A stretch of 64,000 bases of DNA, taken from Clostridia bacterium. GTDB lineage: Bacteria; Bacillota; Clostridia; Peptostreptococcales; JAAYPU01. Positions 57,629-64,000 of the stretch are shown here, one piece after another. Positions within the stretch are counted from its first letter, which is position 1. The number at the start of each line of letters is the position of its first letter. The position numbers were made by a program, and so were the translations under genes. The stretch is taken from the NCBI GenBank assembly GCA_016278615.1, contig JADQBM010000067.1, positions 7,143-71,142 on the forward strand. Direction: 5' to 3'. Below the pieces are notes generated by a model, which made no database searches, had not been told where the DNA came from, and saw only the letters and a list, made by a program, of their open reading frames with translations.

Positions 57629-58934
57629 ACTCATTAGACTTGTCTTCCTTTAGCTTTGCTAAAAAGCATGGGCACTTTTCGCCATTTGCCAAGAGCCCGG
57701 TGTCTTTGCATGTTTCGCATTCATAAATCATATTCAAAAAATCCGCGGAATAATTATTTTCTGTTAAGAGAAAGGCCTTTTCCTGACTTAAAGAATTAAT
57801 TTGTTTTCTCAGTTGTTTGACCTTCTCTTTTGGATCTCCAGTTTGCATCAAAACAACTTTAGAAATAGCAACGCTGGATTTTGATATTTCTTCATCTATA
57901 GCTTTAATTCGAGGAATTTCTTCATATATTTTATATCTTCTGGATTCATGGAGTTTTTCATTGTTATTTCTAATGATTTCATATTCATTAAAAATCATTT
58001 TAGTATTCTTAATTTTTGTTTTGGTCTTAGAAGAAGTCCTTGAAGAAGGGTCGGCTGGAGCGTTAGGTCCCTTCTCTTTCCAGTTTTTCAAAACACTATT
58101 GATGTAATTAATATTTGGGTTAGAAATACCAGATGTTTTCTTACAAGCTTCTAAAATTGCGTCCAAATCAAAGTTCCATTCGTCAAACCACGTATCCATA
58201 ATCCTTCTCTCTTCTTCAGTAGGGTAACGAAAATTTAAGCCCAAAGCTTTAAGAATTCGTTTATACTTAGAATTTTGGATATCTGTTTTCTCTACATGCT
58301 GTTCCAAATCCTCCAGGGTTTGAATTTGACTGTCATGCCAACTTCGGACAATACTGGCAATATATTTGAAACTATTCTTATTCTTTTTATTTATACAATA
58401 GGAATACGCTTGGGCAACTAAATCGGGTTTCATTTTATAGGCATCTAACCATTCCAATATCTCAAACATCTCATTACCTTCAAAAGGACGACCAGAAATG
58501 CTCTGAATTTCATTAAACATTTGTTTCACATCATTATTCCTCATGGCCACTTCAACGTCTTTTGCAGAATACTTTTTTTTCTTCTGTTGGTCCGTTGGAG
58601 AAGACGGTTTATTATTACCAGCAGAAAAAAGCTGTTTTAGGCTAATAAACTCAACAACATAGTCGAATTGGTTGGATTCGGATTTAATGTGTTTCTTGAT
58701 AACACCCTGCCTCTCCCAATAGTTCCACGCCTTTAAGACGTCTTCTACTTCTAAATTTAAATGCTTTGCAATGGTTTCGTTGGACATGGCATCTGATTGG
58801 TCTGCATACATGCGAGCAAAAACATAGACCTTAACATAGTTGCCGTCTGCAAGAGGCATATATTCATTAATAAACATGTTTTCTATCTGGGTATCCATTA
58901 GATAAAAATCTATTTTTTCCTTAGTAAAGTTCAT
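57627..58934 (-). CDS. DnaD/DnaB_2-domain replication protein with a C-terminal helicase-loader-like coiled-coil plus CxxC...CxC module (no AAA+ domain)
   Basis: 435-aa ORF. The N-terminus FYLMDTQIENMFINEYMPLADGNYVKVYVFARMY and the later DnaD-like repeat (FKYIASIVRSWHDSQIQTLEDL; INYINSVLKNWKEKG) fit the DnaD domain. The last 120 aa or so (YEEIPRIKAIDEEISK...YECETCKDTGLLANGEKCPCFLAKL) resemble the N-terminal region I recall from clostridial DnaC/DnaI-type loaders. Confidence 0.65.
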   Translation of the reverse strand: MNFTKEKIDFYLMDTQIENMFINEYMPLADGNYVKVYVFARMYADQSDAMSNETIAKHLNLEVEDVLKAWNYWERQGVIKKHIKSESNQFDYVVEFISLKQLFSAGNNKPSSPTDQQKKKKYSAKDVEVAMRNNDVKQMFNEIQSISGRPFEGNEMFEILEWLDAYKMKPDLVAQAYSYCINKKNKNSFKYIASIVRSWHDSQIQTLEDLEQHVEKTDIQNSKYKRILKALGLNFRYPTEEERRIMDTWFDEWNFDLDAILEACKKTSGISNPNINYINSVLKNWKEKGPNAPADPSSRTSSKTKTKIKNTKMIFNEYEIIRNNNEKLHESRRYKIYEEIPRIKAIDEEISKSSVAISKVVLMQTGDPKEKVKQLRKQINSLSQEKAFLLTENNYSADFLNMIYECETCKDTGLLANGEKCPCFLAKLKEDKSNE

Positions 58935-59108
58935 GGGCCATACTCCTTAAAAATATATGATTATTTTATTTCTCTATTATATCATAATAAAGAAAATAAA
59001 AATGACATAGACTTTTTTTGATTTAATCTCAAATTATGATTAAAAAATGCAAAATAATGTTGTATAATAATATAGTCATAAATAAAATGAAGAATAGTTG
59101 GTGGGACA

Positions 59109-60758
59109 ATGAATCATTTTGAAAAATTTAATGATAAAATAAATAAATATATATCTAACCAAAAAGAGGATCGAGAGCGGTATAACCAGCTAAAGGAGAC
59201 ATTAAAGAAAAGGACACAAGCCCATTATCTTCAAGAGATGCATAAGGAAAATCAAGCATCTGCTTCGGAAAAACGAAAACGGAAATTAGAAGGAAAAGCA
59301 ATTCTTAAATCTAAGGCAATCATAGAAAAACCCATTCAAGTCCTAAAGAATATGTTTTCTTTTACACATGAAAATATAAAGTGTCTATATTCTTTTAAAA
59401 AACTTCCAAATATCAATAAATCAGTAAAGATTAAAATATTTGCCAGTGTTTTTTTAACTTTGGTTATTCTTTTTTCGTCTCTTTATATCATGGACAACCT
59501 TACAGCCTATAAGGTCATATTCAATGGCGAGGAAATTGGTGTTGTGAGAGATCCAGAAAGTGTGTTGTATCTCACAGAATTATTAGATGATAAACTGGAT
59601 ATTGTTTATAACGCAGATGTGCATATTAGAAACGAGGCCTTTGATTTTGAAAAAGTAAGAGGCTTAAATATCAAGCTAACTTCAGATGATGAGCTTTTAG
59701 ATTACTTTACTTATTTTTCTAATCTCGAAGCAATAGGCTATTCGGTCCTTATAAATGACAAGGAAGTCGCTATGTTCTCAAAAAAGAAAGAGGCGGAAAA
59801 ATTCCTTGATGAAATAAGAAATGTTTATATAGAGAAGGAAGAAGAGACCATCGAGTATGAAAAAGTCTATTTTCTTGAAAATGTAACCATTGAAGAGAAA
59901 GAAACGGCTATTTCCTCACTTAGCAATTATGATGCTGCTCTTACATATGTCCTTAAAGGAACCACAGAAGAGAAGATCTATAAAGTAAAAAAGGGAGAGA
60001 ATTATTGGACCATTGCTGATAAATATAATATTACACCAGAGGAACTTGAGGCGGCCAATCCGTCCATACACCCAGATAAAATTCAAATAGGGCAAGAGAT
60101 TAGTTTGATCGTACCAAAACCTTTAATTACTGTGGTCAGTCTTGAAAAGAGGAAGTATTATGAAAAAATACCCTATGAGATTTCATATGAAAATACAGGC
60201 GCTCTTTTTAAAGGAGAAAACGCAATTAAAAAAAGTGGAAAGAGCGGGAAAAGAGAAATTTTAGCTGAGATAGAGAGACAAAATGGAATTGAAGTATCTA
60301 GAACAGAAATAGAGTCTAAAATAATAGAAGAACCAGGAACCCAAGTTGTATTAGTAGGAACTAAAAAATTACCACCTTTAATAGGAACCGGTTCTTTTGA
60401 TCAGCCAGCAAGAGGAACGCTCACCTCCCGATATGGTATTAGATGGGGTAGAATGCATACTGGGATAGATATTGCAGCATCAACTGGGACGACCATTAGA
60501 GCAGCTGATGGAGGGGTCGTCACTTATACCGGTTGGAAAGGCAACTATGGTCTTGTGGCTATTGTTGACCATGGTCAAAATAAATCAACACTATATGCAC
60601 ATTGTAGTAAGATACTGGTAACAAAAGGGAACAAAGTATATAAGGGTCAAAAGATAGCGGAAATTGGAAGTACCGGAAGAAGTACAGGTCCCCACGTGCA
60701 TTTTGAAGTACGAATTAACGGGAAGGTACAAAACCCACTTAATTATGTGAGCTATTGA
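59109..60758 (+). CDS. Membrane-anchored M23 peptidoglycan endopeptidase with LysM and G5-like domains
   Basis: 549-aa ORF with a TM near residue 115. LysM is YKVKKGENYWTIADKYNITPEELEAANP...IQIGQEISL. The G5-like segment precedes the M23 domain. M23 motifs are HTGIDIAA and GPHVHFEV. Confidence 0.88.
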   Translation: MNHFEKFNDKINKYISNQKEDRERYNQLKETLKKRTQAHYLQEMHKENQASASEKRKRKLEGKAILKSKAIIEKPIQVLKNMFSFTHENIKCLYSFKKLPNINKSVKIKIFASVFLTLVILFSSLYIMDNLTAYKVIFNGEEIGVVRDPESVLYLTELLDDKLDIVYNADVHIRNEAFDFEKVRGLNIKLTSDDELLDYFTYFSNLEAIGYSVLINDKEVAMFSKKKEAEKFLDEIRNVYIEKEEETIEYEKVYFLENVTIEEKETAISSLSNYDAALTYVLKGTTEEKIYKVKKGENYWTIADKYNITPEELEAANPSIHPDKIQIGQEISLIVPKPLITVVSLEKRKYYEKIPYEISYENTGALFKGENAIKKSGKSGKREILAEIERQNGIEVSRTEIESKIIEEPGTQVVLVGTKKLPPLIGTGSFDQPARGTLTSRYGIRWGRMHTGIDIAASTGTTIRAADGGVVTYTGWKGNYGLVAIVDHGQNKSTLYAHCSKILVTKGNKVYKGQKIAEIGSTGRSTGPHVHFEVRINGKVQNPLNYVSY

Positions 60759-60820
60759 TATGGTTTTGTTGAAGTAGGAGTAGAAGTCGAAGTATAAATG
60801 TAAGTATGAGTGTAAATGGA

Positions 60821-60850
60821 AAGGTTGAAGCGGGTGCTTCAACCTTTTAT
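60821..60850. terminator. Bidirectional terminator between the convergent M23 and S8 genes
   Basis: AAGGTTGAAGC-gggt-GCTTCAACCTT (11-bp stem) followed by TTTAT. It abuts the S8 stop codon. Confidence 0.75.
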
Positions 60851-62163
60851 AATAGTAAATAAATCAGAAACATTAAGTTCATATCATCTGCCTTAAAGGG
60901 AAGTGAAGCTGCTTTTTTTTGTCTTCGCGATTCCGAGGGGTTTTTAGGAATTATAATGGGTGGGGAATTAACTGTTTTTTTTACATTGAGCATTTTAGTG
61001 ATATCAGCTACGCCGGCACCTTGTGAGATTCTTGGTTCTCCTCTGATGGGAATAGCTGTACTTTTTAAGGCTCTTTTTGCTTGCTCGGGAAGGACATTGC
61101 CCTCTTTTTCATAAAGAAGTGCCAAAGCGCCACTGATGAAAGGTGTAGACATTGAAGTTCCAGAGTGGGTAGTATATCCGCTTAAATTTCTATTTGAAAG
61201 GGATACAATATCTACTCCTGGTGCCATAATATCTGGTTTTATTCCTCCTGTTAAAGTAGGGCCCCTGCTAGAAAATTCTGCAACAAATAGATCTTCATAA
61301 GAGGTGGTTCGATTATCGTCAATAGAGCCAACGGTTATAACAGAAGGACTGATACCAGGAGAATTAATGGTTCTCCTGTTTGGACCACTGTTACCTGCAG
61401 CAGTAACGACGCATAAGCCATAGTTAGAAGCTGCAGTAGCACCTTTTGCAAGAGGATCCTCTCTATAGGATGTATCTGCTGGTGTTCCAAGGGATAAATT
61501 TAGTATTTTTATGTTATATTTATCTTTGTTGTCTACAACCCACTGCATGCCTGCCAAAATATCTGATGTTGAGCCACTACCTGTTTCATCTAATGTTTTA
61601 ACAGCGATAATATCTGCGTCAGGCGCTATCCCTTTATAACTTGATCTCGAAAAACCATTTCCTGCTGCAATTCCTGCTACGTGTGTGCCGTGACCATCAT
61701 CATCATAAGGGGTTTCCCGATGATTGATAAAATCTTTGAAAGCTACGATTCTATTAGTCGGTCGTACCAAATCATGATGAGGTGCTACGCCTGTATCTAT
61801 GATAGCAATTCCGATTCCTTTTCCAGTATATCCTGAATTATTGACCACTCTTGACCCCATAAACTCTCCGGCAATATTTACTGTTTTAAATACCTTGTTG
61901 TCATCGTCAATGAATTTTATCATATTATGAAGTGCAATAGGATCAACACTTTCTGAAGGAATTTCTGCTGCTACAGCATTAATAAAAGGCAATTCATATT
62001 TTATTTTGCCCTTCTTTTCTACAACACAATCTTTTATTTCATTAATGGTTCTATTGGAATAAATAATAACTTGCAACGATTGTTTGGTTCCTGCAGAAAT
62101 TCGTGCTGCAACCATTGGATGAACAAATTTAGATCTTACTTTTCTCATATTCATAAAGATCAC
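60847..62163 (-). CDS. Subtilisin-like S8 serine peptidase, no obvious signal peptide
   Basis: 438-aa ORF. The catalytic triad contexts are IAIIDTGV (Asp), HGTHVAG (His) and GTSMSTP (Ser). The N-terminal region is propeptide-like. The exact start is uncertain, as several Met codons are close together. Confidence 0.85.
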   Translation of the reverse strand: MIFMNMRKVRSKFVHPMVAARISAGTKQSLQVIIYSNRTINEIKDCVVEKKGKIKYELPFINAVAAEIPSESVDPIALHNMIKFIDDDNKVFKTVNIAGEFMGSRVVNNSGYTGKGIGIAIIDTGVAPHHDLVRPTNRIVAFKDFINHRETPYDDDGHGTHVAGIAAGNGFSRSSYKGIAPDADIIAVKTLDETGSGSTSDILAGMQWVVDNKDKYNIKILNLSLGTPADTSYREDPLAKGATAASNYGLCVVTAAGNSGPNRRTINSPGISPSVITVGSIDDNRTTSYEDLFVAEFSSRGPTLTGGIKPDIMAPGVDIVSLSNRNLSGYTTHSGTSMSTPFISGALALLYEKEGNVLPEQAKRALKSTAIPIRGEPRISQGAGVADITKMLNVKKTVNSPPIIIPKNPSESRRQKKAASLPFKADDMNLMFLIYLLL

Positions 62164-62321
62164 TCCAATACTTTTTTCAATTCATAGTATGTTTCAATAG
62201 AAAGGAGTGTTAAAGGTAATGAGAAACAGATATTCCATAAAGTGTATGTTACAAAAAGAATACAAGGTGTTATAATAGGTGTTCAGGAAGATACAACTTA
62301 AAATTAAAGGGGGAAAATGAA

Positions 62322-63074
62322 GTGAAAAGAAAGATTGTAAAGATTTCTATTGCGCTTTTTTTATTGACTTTTATTTTATTTACCTCTTCATTAAAAGATG
62401 TTACACATAACGTCTTAAATAAAATAGAGCAAAAATACTTTTTATTTGTTTCAAGAGATATGGATTCTTTTGAAACAGAAAATTTCGTAATAAAATACGA
62501 AGATGAAGAGGAGGCTGAATTAACGGCAGCCATAGCAGAAAAGTATTTTAAGCCTTTGAGTGAAAAGTTTAACTACGAGGCTAAAGGGAAAATACCTATT
62601 ATTCTTCATAGGGATATTGAGAAAATGAAGAAGACAGCATTTATGAAAACTCAGGGAATTCCCATGGGTCTTTATATAGGAAATACCATTCATATTCTTT
62701 CTCCAGGAATCTGGATAAAGTCTGACAAAAAAAAGGCAGAAATATTCGAAGAAGAAGGGCCTATTATACATGAAATGGTACATTATATTGTAGACGATAT
62801 AACCAAAGGCAATCATAAAGAATGGTTCTTTGAAGGCATATCCTTGTACACTGAATATTTATATACAGGTTTTGTTATAGGGGACGCCGTACAGCATGAA
62901 GAATTATATGCTTTTGATGAACTAGTCAATAATTTTAAAGACTTAGATCAAATAAAAGCGTATTATTCATCTTTTATTGCCATTAAAACACTTGCCGAAG
63001 AAAATAATTTTGAATACCTGAATAGTATGCTACAATATTTACGTGAAGGGAATATCTTGGAAAAAAATACTTGA
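62322..63074 (+). CDS. Membrane-anchored/secreted putative zinc metallopeptidase (HExxH)
   Basis: 250-aa ORF with a GTG start after GGGGG. N-terminal hydrophobic helix ISIALFLLTFILF. HEMVH motif followed by EGISLY, a possible third ligand Glu. It ends 32 nt before the walR start. Confidence 0.5.
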   Translation: MKRKIVKISIALFLLTFILFTSSLKDVTHNVLNKIEQKYFLFVSRDMDSFETENFVIKYEDEEEAELTAAIAEKYFKPLSEKFNYEAKGKIPIILHRDIEKMKKTAFMKTQGIPMGLYIGNTIHILSPGIWIKSDKKKAEIFEEEGPIIHEMVHYIVDDITKGNHKEWFFEGISLYTEYLYTGFVIGDAVQHEELYAFDELVNNFKDLDQIKAYYSSFIAIKTLAEENNFEYLNSMLQYLREGNILEKNT

Positions 63075-63106
63075 GACTAATTAACCTGGGAATAGGGGAG
63101 AAGAAA

Positions 63107-63802
63107 ATGGATCAAAAGAAAATACTCGTGATAGAAGATGAAAAAGCCATATCAGACATTATAAAGTTCAACCTCACCAAAGAGGGGTATGTTGTGGAAA
63201 CAGCATTTGATGGAGAAGAAGCTTTGGTAAAAGTTTTTAGCTTTGAAGCAGACTTGATCTTGTTGGATATTATGCTTCCAAAGATAGATGGTTTTCAAAT
63301 TTGTAAAAAGATTAGAGAAACCTTAAAAACACCTATTTTAATGTTAACTGCAAAAGAAGAAGAAGTAGACAAAGTACTGGGCTTGGAGCTGGGTGCTGAT
63401 GATTACATCACCAAACCCTTTGGTATGAGAGAGTTGATTGCAAGAATCAAAGCAAATATGAGAAGAATAGACTTTTTAAATCAACCGGAGACAGAATCGA
63501 AACTAATTGATTTTGGGATATTATCTTTGGATGTCAATAAATATGAGGTTCGCAAAAACAAAAAAGTTGTTGAATTAACACTCAGGGAGTATGAACTGTT
63601 GAAATATTTAGCAGAAAGCGCAAGCCAAGTATTTACCAGGGAAAAACTACTGGAAGAAGTCTGGGGATATGAGTATTATGGAGACATCCGTACAGTTGAT
63701 GTGACCGTACGACGATTAAGAGAAAAAATAGAAGATAATTCCAGTGAACCGCAATATATTATGACAAAAAGAGGAATAGGATATTATTTCAGGAGGCCAT
63801 AA
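63107..63802 (+). CDS. walR: OmpR-family response regulator, WalR/YycF-like
   Basis: GGGGAG RBS precedes MDQKKILVIEDEK. Close resemblance to WalR: LILLDIMLPKIDGF, ILMLTAKEEEVDKVLGLELGADDYITKPFGMRELIARIKANMRR. A winged-helix C-terminus is present. Confidence 0.85.
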   Translation: MDQKKILVIEDEKAISDIIKFNLTKEGYVVETAFDGEEALVKVFSFEADLILLDIMLPKIDGFQICKKIRETLKTPILMLTAKEEEVDKVLGLELGADDYITKPFGMRELIARIKANMRRIDFLNQPETESKLIDFGILSLDVNKYEVRKNKKVVELTLREYELLKYLAESASQVFTREKLLEEVWGYEYYGDIRTVDVTVRRLREKIEDNSSEPQYIMTKRGIGYYFRRP

Positions 63803-63803
63803 G

Positions 63804-64000
63804 ATGCTAGGTATAAACAGTTGGAGAAGTATCAGGTGGAAATTTATTTTTATTTACTTCCTTTTAGTCTTTATTGCCATGGTTATTGTTGGCGTTTTTA
63901 TTATTCAGCAATTGGAGGCTTATCATTTACAAACAGTACGTGACGATCTGGAAGGGTTTCATAGTACTATTGAAAGTGTTTTTAATAAATACGATGATAT
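63804..64000 (+). CDS. walK: Sensor histidine kinase, WalK-like (5' partial, runs off the window)
   Basis: ATG lies 1 nt after the walR stop. The N-terminal TM is WKFIFIYFLLVFIAMVIVGVFII. Only about 65 codons are visible, so identity is inferred from position. Confidence 0.6.
   Translation, partial: MLGINSWRSIRWKFIFIYFLLVFIAMVIVGVFIIQQLEAYHLQTVRDDLEGFHSTIESVFNKYDD

Noticed and set aside
62270-62816. Minus-strand ORFs 62270-62533 and 62520-62816, opposite the HExxH gene
   Set aside because: They are antisense to a better-supported plus-strand ORF that has an RBS, an anchor helix and a catalytic-type motif.

Overview
This window is the chromosomal replication-origin region of a low-GC Firmicute with Clostridia-like gene content. 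My hand counts give about 23-30% G+C in housekeeping genes. Coding orientation switches at about 32.9-33.3 kb. To the left, almost everything is on the minus strand: rpmH, rnpA, yidD, yidC, jag, mnmE, mnmG, rsmG, noc, soj, spo0J. To the right, almost everything is on the plus strand: dnaA, dnaN, yaaA, recF, gyrB, gyrA, then rsbV-rsbW-sigB, trpS, mscS, rpsF-ssb-rpsR, yybS-gdpP-rplI-dnaB, purA and walR-walK. The rpmH-dnaA spacer holds a perfect DnaA box, so oriC lies here. The first 14 kb is accessory-like. It carries a DinG/XPD-type helicase, a FliB-like Cys-rich protein, a membrane MutS-related ATPase, a sortase with an ice-binding-like (DUF3494) surface protein, decayed genes, and small regulator/enzyme pairs. 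I found no rRNA, tRNA, CRISPR array, transposase or integrase. The items most worth follow-up are: (1) a roughly 59% G+C, helix-rich island of about 150 nt in the noc-soj spacer, next to an AT palindrome and tandem parS-like sites, which is a candidate structured RNA; (2) a DnaD-like protein whose C-terminus looks like the N-terminal zinc module of a clostridial DnaC/DnaI helicase loader, with no AAA+ domain, ending at a nested inverted-repeat element; (3) a KamA-family radical-SAM enzyme with the glutamate-2,3-aminomutase residue signature, inserted between dnaN and yaaA-recF; (4) a compositionally foreign, leaderless LAS-type peptidoglycan hydrolase between recF and gyrB; (5) yycH-yycI-walJ-htrA-rlmH separated from walRK across the origin. 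All functional calls rest on motif and synteny recognition by eye. No database searches were run.
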